Shown: positions 8,565 through 16,513 of the stretch, one piece after another
How positions within the stretch are numbered: position 1 is the first letter of the stretch
Layout: every line of letters begins with the position of its first letter
Virus record (IMG/VR): IMGVR_UViG_3300037520_001276
Coordinates: 1-64,000 of that record
Length of the DNA stretch: 64,000 nt
Source: a virus
Reading direction: 5' to 3' (one strand)
Made by a program: the position numbers and the translations under genes
The notes under the pieces: generated by a model
Database searches by the model: none
The model's input: the letters and a program-made list of their open reading frames with translations, nothing else
What the model was told of the DNA's origin: nothing

Positions 8565-8635
8565 AAAGAAACCGTGATGGGAGTCAAACCCACACCAATT
8601 TTTGTGCTAACCAATTACACCACACGGATTTCTTT
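8565..8635 (-). ncRNA. tRNA-like element lacking the anticodon arm
   Basis: CCGTG/CACGG acceptor-like stem extended by AAAGAAA/TTTCTTT, D-arm GTGT-AATTGGTTA-GCAC, T-arm GTGGG-TTTGACT-CCCAT, only 10 nt between D and T arms. Confidence 0.55.
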
Positions 8636-8740
8636 GTTGTTCTCAACTACCGAGTTAATTTTTCTTTATTGCTTTTACGGCCGAGTATTAGACAAAAGGG
8701 TAAAAATAACAAAATCCCTGAGAGGTTATCTATAAATATC

Positions 8741-9037
8741 TTATAGTTCTTGAACTTGAATCATAACCCAATCAACTTCACCTTCAGTTAAATGACCAAG
8801 TACGTCATCTGTAATATGAGTGTTGTAAGATATTTCCCAAGATTTTTCATTACCGTAAATAACGGCAACCTCCCACTCACTATCGTTTGATGTGTAAGAT
8901 GAATAACCACTTTTATTGAGGTAAAAGTTTTTATACCTAACAACGGAAACACCATAACCATTTTCAAAAAAGATTAGTCCATGAAGTCCTTCACCATATT
9001 TGTGTGGTTTAAATTCTATGTCTTTGAATGATTTCAT
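8741..9037 (-). CDS. Phage hypothetical protein (FENGYGVSVV...EVAV motif)
   Basis: ORF track; coupled to upstream ORF by overlapping stop/start. Confidence 0.8.
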   Translation of the reverse strand: MKSFKDIEFKPHKYGEGLHGLIFFENGYGVSVVRYKNFYLNKSGYSSYTSNDSEWEVAVIYGNEKSWEISYNTHITDDVLGHLTEGEVDWVMIQVQEL

Positions 9038-9336
9038 TAGTTATTTAACATTGCGTATTGGTCTTCTTCTAAACCTTTAACTCCAAGTTTCTCTAAGGCC
9101 ATTTTTAATACGTGTAGTTGTTTTGCCACGTTGTGTTTATTAACAAGTAAATTTCCAAGACTTATACCTGTTTCTTTTTGAAACTTATTGAAGTTTGAAA
9201 GTCTTGATTCTAAACGTAGTCTTAATTCACAACCCGATATGTAAAATTCTAAAAGTTGTTGTTTGTTGAAAATTTCAATTAAATGGTCTGATTCATGTTC
9301 CATGGCGAAAAATAGTGTTATAAGTTCTTTGTTCAT
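9037..9336 (-). CDS. Hypothetical protein
   Basis: ORF track; TATCTTTG promoter at 9358-9351. Confidence 0.75.
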   Translation of the reverse strand: MNKELITLFFAMEHESDHLIEIFNKQQLLEFYISGCELRLRLESRLSNFNKFQKETGISLGNLLVNKHNVAKQLHVLKMALEKLGVKGLEEDQYAMLNN

Positions 9337-9347
9337 TTTGTTTATTT

Positions 9348-9455
9348 CTACAAAGATACATATTTTTCTGAATACTCGTCAAGTTCTTTAAGATATTTTA
9401 TAAACTCTTCACTGTTTATAAATTCTTCGTGGATTTGTTGGTGTATGTCTTCCAT
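9348..9455 (-). CDS. 35-aa acidic hypothetical peptide MEDIHQQIHEEFINSEEF...
   Basis: Translated by hand; fills the gap after tRNA-Arg. Confidence 0.5.
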   Translation of the reverse strand: MEDIHQQIHEEFINSEEFIKYLKELDEYSEKYVSL

Positions 9456-9468
9456 CTTATTTTATTTG

Positions 9469-9542
9469 TGATCCCGAATGGATTCGAACCATTGACCTAC
9501 TGCTTAGAAGGCAGTTGCTCTATCCAGCTGAGCTACGGGACC
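9469..9542 (-). tRNA. tRNA-Arg(TCT)
   Basis: GGTCCCG/CGGGATC acceptor, ACTGC-CTTCTAA-GCAGT anticodon arm, TTCGAAT T-loop. Confidence 0.95.
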
Positions 9543-9548
9543 ATTTAA

Positions 9549-9725
9549 TTAAATCTTTTTAACTTCGTATTTGTGACCTGAATCTGAGTTCAATTCAAAT
9601 ATGTCCCTCATTTCTTCTGCAATTTTTTGAGAGTCAAATTCCCAAATTTCCCCTTGAGTGTTTAATAAGATTACAGGAACTTTCTTTTTACTGTCTGTTT
9701 TAATATGTTTAATAATTACGTACAT
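9549..9725 (-). CDS. Hypothetical protein
   Basis: ORF track; start moved to MYVIIKH because the longer start overlaps a terminator. Confidence 0.7.
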   Translation of the reverse strand: MYVIIKHIKTDSKKKVPVILLNTQGEIWEFDSQKIAEEMRDIFELNSDSGHKYEVKKI

Positions 9726-9750
9726 AGTTTTTTTAATAATTATACAAAAT

Positions 9751-9783
9751 AAAAATCCCCCAGTCAATTAAGAAAGGGGGACT
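9751..9783 (-). terminator. Intrinsic terminator
   Basis: AGTCCCCC...GGGGGATTTTT downstream of 9802..10107. Confidence 0.7.
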
Positions 9784-9801
9784 AATTTATATTTTGTTTT
9801 T

Positions 9802-10107
9802 TTATGTTCCAATTACAAGTCCGTCCATGTCTAAACCGTTGGTCCCTTTCATCGTGTCTTCAACCTCATCGTATAAATATGATTTAACAACAGCAATTAC
9901 TGATTGTTCCGATTGGGCCAATTTGCTTTCCATCCAATCTTCAAGTTGTTCACCTTCTTCCATCATTTCCCACATTTTGTAAGCCAAAGTGGCTATGGTA
10001 AATAATTGTTGTTTCGCCATGTAAGATCCTTGTTCATCTTCATGGTTTTCTTTCAACATCTTAACCATTCTTTGTAGTTGTTTTTCTGTTATAATAATTT
10101 TACTCAT
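9802..10107 (-). CDS. Hypothetical protein with leader variant MSKIIITEKQLQRMVKMLKE
   Basis: ORF track. Confidence 0.8.
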   Translation of the reverse strand: MSKIIITEKQLQRMVKMLKENHEDEQGSYMAKQQLFTIATLAYKMWEMMEEGEQLEDWMESKLAQSEQSVIAVVKSYLYDEVEDTMKGTNGLDMDGLVIGT

Positions 10108-10120
10108 TGGTATTATTTTT

Positions 10121-10624
10121 TTACTGAAACTGTGTTATTATTAGTTTAAATGGTTCAAATTTAGCTTTAAAATCATTCATAACTTTAATTGTGTGGTTTT
10201 CGGCTGCCTTATAATTTGCTTGTTTTGTTAATAACTCCTTTTTTCTATCTTCGTCCTGTTCTTTATCTATTTTTGCCTGTAAATTTTTATTAATTGTTGA
10301 CATATCCGACTCCCTATCTCTATAAGCGTTTTCAATATCTTGACTAAATTCATTTAAAGTATCTATTAATTGAGATGCCTTGTTTCTAATTTTATCTTGG
10401 GCTGCCGCCATTTTTGGTGAAACGTCTTTTGATGCCCCTCTAAAAATATTAAAAAATCCTTCTAGTGCCGCATTTGAACGTATTTCTCCTGTCTGTGTCG
10501 GTTCAACCGTGTTTGTTGTATCACCGTCTAAAAGTTGTTCATTTATTAATTTATTTTGTTTCAAATAATTTTGCTCCAATTTTTTGTTAGATTCTTGGAT
10601 GTGTCTAATTTTACTATTACTCAT
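10121..10624 (-). CDS. Helical hypothetical protein
   Basis: ORF track; SKIRHIQESNKKLE...LINEQ N-terminus. Confidence 0.75.
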   Translation of the reverse strand: MSNSKIRHIQESNKKLEQNYLKQNKLINEQLLDGDTTNTVEPTQTGEIRSNAALEGFFNIFRGASKDVSPKMAAAQDKIRNKASQLIDTLNEFSQDIENAYRDRESDMSTINKNLQAKIDKEQDEDRKKELLTKQANYKAAENHTIKVMNDFKAKFEPFKLIITQFQ

Positions 10625-10645
10625 ATTTTTTTTATTTTTTATTTA

Positions 10646-11020
10646 TTACCATGTTCTACAAGCCCAATATCTTGGTTTCCATCTTGGACCAGGATTATCG
10701 CAATTATGTCTTGCTCTAAAAGACTTTCTTCTTTCTGGGTTATTTTTCTTTATAACCATTCTTTTACCTTTAGCCGATTTACCACCAAAACCAAAGTTCA
10801 CTTTAACCACCTTTCCTTTGTCGTTTTTAACATATACTTTGAATTTTTTGATGTCTCCTTGCATAATTTTACCAAGTTGGACTTTTCTTCCTTGGTATTC
10901 CGCTTCATTTAAAAAATTAAAATTTTCAACGGATCCATATATGTCTTCATATAAAAAAGAACTTTCTTCTTTAATGAATTCTTCTTTTAAAACTTTTCTT
11001 ATAATTTTTTCTATGTTCAT
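10646..11020 (-). CDS. Basic phage protein (RRKSFRARHNC...YWAC motif) with leader MNIEKIIRKVLKEE
   Basis: Start moved to the ATG 3 nt after TATTTATA; motif recalled from large-phage proteins. Confidence 0.8.
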   Translation of the reverse strand: MNIEKIIRKVLKEEFIKEESSFLYEDIYGSVENFNFLNEAEYQGRKVQLGKIMQGDIKKFKVYVKNDKGKVVKVNFGFGGKSAKGKRMVIKKNNPERRKSFRARHNCDNPGPRWKPRYWACRTW

Positions 11021-11042
11021 ACCTATAAATATCATTGAAGTT

Positions 11043-12497
11043 TTAAATATATTTTTCTACGTGGTTTTTCATGATTTTATGTTGTGCAGGACCGACATGT
11101 ATCCCATCACCCGCAGCCCAAGTACCATCACCCTCAACTGTGGGTATTATTTTTGCCCCGCTTATTTGTGATGAAAGATCTTTTTGTAATTGAATCATTC
11201 TTTTTCTTCCTTCTCTCATGCATTCTTTATTACAAAGAACTGAACCGTCTTTTTTATAAGTGGGTTTTAAATTCTTATCTGTCATTACGGAACTTGCATC
11301 ATAACCTAAGAAAACGTAGGCCTTTCCTCCTTGTTTATTAACTGCGTCTACCATTTTTTGAACGTTTGATACAGCATTTGATAATTTTGTACCTATCCAA
11401 AATGCATCATTTGTTCCACCATAAATGAACACTTTATCGTATTTTTTTTCTGCCAATTTAGGTAACATATTATTTAACATCCAATCTGTTTTCATGCCAC
11501 CCCTAACAACGTGAGTGGTATTCCAACTTGGGTGATCCTTTTCAAGTAGATAATTCCAAGTAGATCCTCCAACACTTAAACTATCACCAACAAACATTAC
11601 ATTATTTGTTGTTTTATCGTCTTTTGATTTTTCTTTATTTGTTGTTTCAGAAGATTTTTCTTGGTTTTTACTTTTAGGGTCTCTAATAACCGAAGACTTT
11701 GTTAGTTTCTCCCAAGTACCATTTATTCTACTCTCTCTTTTTGTTTTAAAATCGTCTAATGACATTTCAATATATGAGACATCAACATTATTATCAAATG
11801 CGAATAAAAATACTCTGTCATCACTTTTTCTTTTTATTCCATAAATTGTTTCATCACCTTTTTTAGCGTTTAAAGTACCAACACTAGATATTTTTACCCT
11901 TGTTGGGTTGTGAATTTTACCTGAGTTAAGTCCGTATTTTAAATATTCTTTTGTTTTTGCTTTTTCTACAGGTTTTTCGGGTGAAGATGATCCATCATCA
12001 GATTTTCTTGAAATATGTACGTGGTGATCGTGACCCTTGAACCCAAACCATAAAACCGCTTTATCATTTCCACTTTCTGAATTAATTTTATAACCCATAC
12101 TTTCTAATGCCCGAACAAACCTTTCAATTTTATCGTAAATTCCATTTTTTTTAGCACTTTCAATACTACTATAACCTACATTATCAAACATAGCAACATC
12201 TACAGCCAACCCGGCCTCATGTCTAGTGCCTGTGTCATGACCAGAAACCGCAGTTGTGATAGATGCTTTTACACCGGCAATTCCTGCAGCGATATCAACA
12301 TCGGCTAATAAAGAAGGATTAATTTTATCTTTTGAAGGTTTACTGTTACCAACTACTCCATCTCTAAAATCAATATTACTATATTTTGAGGGGTCAACTA
12401 ATTTTGGTTCCTCATTTAATAAATTTGAATATTTTTTTAGAACCTTTCTATTGTGGTGATCTAATATTACGTTTCTTATGATATTTTTTAAATGCAT
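11043..12497 (-). CDS. M15-like Zn peptidase + shared linker domain + SGNH/GDSL esterase
   Basis: RHEAGLAVD...HDHHVH; FVGDSLS, GGTND, DGIH. Confidence 0.8.
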   Translation of the reverse strand: MHLKNIIRNVILDHHNRKVLKKYSNLLNEEPKLVDPSKYSNIDFRDGVVGNSKPSKDKINPSLLADVDIAAGIAGVKASITTAVSGHDTGTRHEAGLAVDVAMFDNVGYSSIESAKKNGIYDKIERFVRALESMGYKINSESGNDKAVLWFGFKGHDHHVHISRKSDDGSSSPEKPVEKAKTKEYLKYGLNSGKIHNPTRVKISSVGTLNAKKGDETIYGIKRKSDDRVFLFAFDNNVDVSYIEMSLDDFKTKRESRINGTWEKLTKSSVIRDPKSKNQEKSSETTNKEKSKDDKTTNNVMFVGDSLSVGGSTWNYLLEKDHPSWNTTHVVRGGMKTDWMLNNMLPKLAEKKYDKVFIYGGTNDAFWIGTKLSNAVSNVQKMVDAVNKQGGKAYVFLGYDASSVMTDKNLKPTYKKDGSVLCNKECMREGRKRMIQLQKDLSSQISGAKIIPTVEGDGTWAAGDGIHVGPAQHKIMKNHVEKYI

Positions 12498-12509
12498 ATG
12501 TTATAAATA

Positions 12510-13877
12510 CTAACCAATATAATATAAATGCCAAGGTTCGGCGATCCTTAAAGGTCCTTTAGTTTTATATGTAATTTCAAAACCGTATTTTGATGCATTA
12601 TCTGCGACCCATTTTTTTACATTAGGTTTACCGTCCCACCATTTAGTGTCTGTACTATATATGTCAAAAGCTCTTCCTGTGTGGTGTTGACTAAATCCTG
12701 GTAGCGTATTTGCTGACTGAACATCGTCTATAGTTCTTTTATCTTTTAATACTTTATTAGCGAAGTTTTTAACTTGATCTTCATAACTTCTATAACCAGA
12801 GACCAATCCTCCACTTATACCAAACTTTTTATTACAATCATTTATAAGTTCTAATATTTTCTTTTCCGCTACTTTATTTTTTCCCAAATCAGGTCTTGTT
12901 GACCCTTCCTGTTCAAATTCTTTATCTATATTTTTTTTTGTAATGTTAACACCTTTTTTTATTAAGTCATTAATTACCTTTAAAATTGGTTCTGAAAGTC
13001 TATCGTCTTTTAAATCTCCCGATTTTTGAGTTTCTTTATTTTTTGTTTCAGAAGATTTTTCTTGGTTTTTACTTTTAGAATCTCTAACAACAGAAGTTTC
13101 CGTTAATTTTTCCCATGTACCATTTATTTTAGATTCTTTTTTTGTTTTAAAATCTTCTAATGACATTTCAATATATGAAACTTCAAAATCATTATTAAAC
13201 ACAAATAAAAACACTCTGTCATCACTTTTTCTTTTTATTCCATAAATGTTTTCATTACCCTTTTTAGACTTTAAAGTACCAACACTAGATATTCTTACCT
13301 TTGTTGGGTTATAGACCTTACCTGAATTAAAAAGGTATTGTAAATAATCTTTTGTTTTTCCTTTTTCTACCGGTTTAACGATGTTTGAAACATCTGGTGT
13401 TGTAGTATTACTAAATTTAAAATACTTTGGAGCGAAATTTCTTGGGTTTTCCGCACTACTTGTCTGAGATTTTTTATAAACAAAATGTAGGTGTGGTCCT
13501 GTTGATAGTCCTGTTGAACCTACCGTACCGATAACTTTACCGGCAGAAACATAATCACCCTTATTAACAAGTCTTTTTTCTAAATGTAAATACATTGTGA
13601 CCGTACCATCGTCATGTAAAATTTCAATAAAATTACCATTAGCATTACCAAAATCAGACCTTAAAACTTTTCCAGGGTTTATAACAATTATTGCAGTACC
13701 TTTTGGTTCTCCATAATCTTGTCCCCCATGTAGTTTTTTAACGCCAGTTATTGGGTGAACCCTCATCCCAAAGGGACTTCCTCCGTTTTTAGGTTCCCAA
13801 ACCTTGTCACCCTCATTTAATATTTTTTTTAGGTGTGCCTCTTTTATAACCTTTCTTATTGTACCACTAAGACTCAT
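12510..13877 (-). CDS. M23 peptidase + shared linker domain + M15B (VanY-like) D,D-carboxypeptidase
   Basis: HGGQD, YLHL, STGPHLHF; SGYRSY, PGFSQHHTGRAFD, EPWH. Confidence 0.9.
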   Translation of the reverse strand: MSLSGTIRKVIKEAHLKKILNEGDKVWEPKNGGSPFGMRVHPITGVKKLHGGQDYGEPKGTAIIVINPGKVLRSDFGNANGNFIEILHDDGTVTMYLHLEKRLVNKGDYVSAGKVIGTVGSTGLSTGPHLHFVYKKSQTSSAENPRNFAPKYFKFSNTTTPDVSNIVKPVEKGKTKDYLQYLFNSGKVYNPTKVRISSVGTLKSKKGNENIYGIKRKSDDRVFLFVFNNDFEVSYIEMSLEDFKTKKESKINGTWEKLTETSVVRDSKSKNQEKSSETKNKETQKSGDLKDDRLSEPILKVINDLIKKGVNITKKNIDKEFEQEGSTRPDLGKNKVAEKKILELINDCNKKFGISGGLVSGYRSYEDQVKNFANKVLKDKRTIDDVQSANTLPGFSQHHTGRAFDIYSTDTKWWDGKPNVKKWVADNASKYGFEITYKTKGPLRIAEPWHLYYIG

Positions 13878-13899
13878 AGTAATAAATATAATGGGTAAT

Positions 13900-13925
13900 A
13901 AAAAAGGTGAGGATTATCCTCACCT
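13900..13925 (-). terminator. Intrinsic terminator
   Basis: AGGTGAGG-ATAAT-CCTCACCT followed by a T run. Confidence 0.8.
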
Positions 13926-13990
13926 ATTTTCGGGTCGACACAAGATGTGTTCGAACTGCCACCACTTTGTTTTAAAGATTAACAAAGAAA

Positions 13991-14257
13991 CTACCCCTCC
14001 AATTTAGATTTTGCAAGTACCACCTCAGCCATGGACACCTCTTTTGTCTTACCAATAACCAAAGATTCTTTCAGTATTGAACTTGGTATGTGAACTAAGA
14101 AGTCCTTACCGTTAAAGGTTGAAAGGTTTTGATTCAACTCTATTGATGAGTGAACCATATTTAAAAATATTTTGAACTGAACCTCATCCATGAAAGTCTC
14201 ATTTAAAACTTCTCCGAACTTAGGATGAACTATCATTACGTGTTTATGTGTTGCCAT
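13991..14257 (-). CDS. Hypothetical protein
   Basis: ORF track. Confidence 0.8.
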   Translation of the reverse strand: MATHKHVMIVHPKFGEVLNETFMDEVQFKIFLNMVHSSIELNQNLSTFNGKDFLVHIPSSILKESLVIGKTKEVSMAEVVLAKSKLEG

Positions 14258-14295
14258 ATTTTTTATTTACTGTAAAGTTAAGAATAAATTTTTAA

Positions 14296-14682
14296 TTAAA
14301 CAATTTCTTTGTAAGTTATTTTTTTAATATATACATCATCATAGTGAGTGTCTACGCCAAAATATTTAATCTCATTTGCTATTATTTTTTTAATTTTGTT
14401 TCTATAATAACCATTACATCTTACTTTATATTTTTCACAGTATCGATTTGTGTAAATATAATAACCACTATCTGATCTCATATCAACAACCACATCAAAT
14501 TCATACAAAAAACTACTACCCCAACCGCTTTTATATTTTCTTACATTAACAATTTTTACAACCGCCTTATCAAGTTCAGAATATGCCGCATTATCTACCT
14601 GTTTTAATTCAAAATTTGATTCTTTCAAAACCGTTTTGATTGCCTTTACTTGTGTGTCTCTGATTGCTTTTCCTTCTTTCAT
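14296..14682 (-). CDS. Hypothetical protein
   Basis: Start moved to MKEGKAIRD, 4 nt after a TATCTTTG promoter element. Confidence 0.75.
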   Translation of the reverse strand: MKEGKAIRDTQVKAIKTVLKESNFELKQVDNAAYSELDKAVVKIVNVRKYKSGWGSSFLYEFDVVVDMRSDSGYYIYTNRYCEKYKVRCNGYYRNKIKKIIANEIKYFGVDTHYDDVYIKKITYKEIV

Positions 14683-14781
14683 GATACAAAGATATGCAAA
14701 AATTTTTAATGCACAAAAAAATGGACAATAATATTTTATCATCCATCAATTTTTTTTACCAGTAATCATGTTTTAAAAAAA

Positions 14782-15598
14782 GGTTGAGATTACACCTGTT
14801 ATTGAGAACCTTTAGAGTCATTATTTATTCTACTCTTATCCACTTCCTTTTGAGAAGTATTCCTCAGTGACGATTATTTAGGTGAATCACTCCTTGAGGT
14901 TTGAATTACTCTCACCTTACTTGACTCTTTCCGAGGATGCCTCCCCAGTTCGTCCTTGCGGGACTAAAGGTTTTTCGGATAATTACACTCAGACTTGGGA
15001 TCCTTGTGTGCAATGAACGGCTCATTACTATGTAGTCACCTTTCATCCAAACCTGACAGACACTTTTCCTTTTTGTAGTTAATAATTTAGTTTTATTACT
15101 TTCCATAAAGTATTTGTGTTGTGGATTGTCAAAGTAGTGGTCTGCCAACCGAGCCAACCCATCTTTTGGACGAATCGATACTCAACTACTCTGTGAAATG
15201 TCCCCATTTCCATACATCAAGATTACTTCAAAACAATTCCTTTGGTAAGGAATTATTAGGGTTGGTAACAGCACCACCTGTACACGAACATACCTTTCGG
15301 TTTTAAGTACCCTATCATAATGGAACTCGCAATAATAAAATCGGATAATCTTATTTTTTGCATAATTCCTACGGGTTATTCCTCTTGGTGTTCCCACCTC
15401 AAACTGACAACCCACATTGCCAGTTCGTCGAACCACTTTCCCTACAGCGTTGCCCTCGGTACTAAAGGTTAAACGGTATCCCGCTTGTGTACTCGACCTC
15501 AACAAGTCATAAGACTCACCAAGACGCAAACCCATTACACGTTAGGTTCACTTTATCCCACTTTCGTGGTTTATTTTAATGGACCATACACGGCCCAA
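14782..15598 (-). ncRNA. Large structured ncRNA, probably GOLLD-like
   Basis: ~820 nt, higher GC than flanks, no credible ORF, GNRA hairpins (CCACGAAAGTGG, ACCGAAAGGT, GTCCCGCAAGGAC), 3' end GGTGTAATCTCAACC plus T run as recalled for GOLLD; ends approximate. Confidence 0.7.
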
Positions 15599-15684
15599 TG
15601 ACTTAATTTAGTTTCACACTTAAAGAAAGGGAGGTGTTAATTCGCTTTTTATAATTGTGACGACAATTTCAGTCGGTTTTAGTT

Positions 15685-15695
15685 TTTCAAAGAAC
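15685..15695 (-). promoter_or_regulatory. boxA-like element upstream of the large ncRNA
   Basis: GTTCTTTGAAA. Confidence 0.5.
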
Positions 15696-15750
15696 GTTTT
15701 TTAGACTTGACAACGAGTATCTTTCATCTCCTTTAGTTTCAAATCTTTTA

Positions 15751-15782
15751 CAAAGTTAAGTCTTTTTTTTCAATTAGACAAG
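15751..15782 (-). promoter_or_regulatory. Bacteroidetes-type promoter driving the large ncRNA
   Basis: TAACTTTG at 15758-15751, CTTG 20 nt upstream. Confidence 0.65.
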
Positions 15783-15789
15783 TACTTTG

Positions 15790-15930
15790 TTAATTTTTTT
15801 CTACGTACACCTTGTCAGTTCCGTATTTCTTAGCCATGATATCAGCAAACTGATAATTAGGTGTATATACTTTCTGACCTTCGTTATTGATGTAGGCGTA
15901 AATTTCATTTACAACTTGATCTTCACTCAT
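15790..15930 (-). CDS. 46-aa hypothetical protein MSEDQVVNEIYAYINNEGQKVYTPN...
   Basis: Translated by hand; not in the ORF track. Confidence 0.65.
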   Translation of the reverse strand: MSEDQVVNEIYAYINNEGQKVYTPNYQFADIMAKKYGTDKVYVEKN

Positions 15931-16077
15931 GTCTTAACATTATTTCAATTTATTATTAGGACGTTTCCTAATTGTTTTACAAATCTAAAACATTTATTTT
16001 AAACTGTCAATTGTTTTTTTAAAAAATAATGAATTTTGTCAGAGGTATTTTATAAATATACAATTGTTTATCAAAAG

Positions 16078-16509
16078 TTAAATTTTCTTGAAAAAAAAGT
16101 CATTCTCATAAAACCTATGTAATGATTTATAATCTAATTTTCTATAAATTCTCTGTGAGTAGTCGTTTTTTATTTTTACAATTAATGCTACATAACCATA
16201 ATCATAAAGTTTTGCAACTTTTTCTGTTTCTAACATTAATAGTTTACCATATCCTTTGTTTCTAAATTTTTCTTCTATTTTTAGGTTGTGTAAAAAAACG
16301 GTTATAGTTTCTTTTAAAAAACTATATGAATTATAATCTTCAATATTGTCTAATATGATTTCTATTTTTTTATCATATTCGTACATTGGGTCGATATCCA
16401 AAAGAAATATTTTACCTATCAACTCGTTTTTATCTTTTTTTTTAATTGATAGTTCTATTCCTGGCCACTCAGTTATATTTCCATTTTTTTCAAAAAAATA
16501 ATCCTCCAT
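16078..16509 (-). CDS. GNAT-family acetyltransferase
   Basis: Motif A FRNKGYGKLLM; V..KNDYSQRIYRKLDY. Confidence 0.85.
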   Translation of the reverse strand: MEDYFFEKNGNITEWPGIELSIKKKDKNELIGKIFLLDIDPMYEYDKKIEIILDNIEDYNSYSFLKETITVFLHNLKIEEKFRNKGYGKLLMLETEKVAKLYDYGYVALIVKIKNDYSQRIYRKLDYKSLHRFYENDFFFKKI

Positions 16510-16513
16510 TAAA

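Noticed and set aside
8565-8738. tmRNA or Y RNA call for the tRNA-like element
   Set aside because: No G3-U70 alanine identity, no CCA, no tag ORF, and arm order is not permuted as in YrlA
10584-11171. 195-aa plus-strand hydrophobic ORF
   Set aside because: Antisense to well-supported minus-strand genes; hydrophobicity comes from the complement of Lys/Glu codons
14912-15535. ORFs 14912..15157, 15121..15306 and 15182..15535
   Set aside because: Atypical composition, mutually overlapping, and inside the hairpin-rich ncRNA
15960-16075. Replication origin in the AT-rich gap
   Set aside because: No iterons seen; explained by promoter-like motifs
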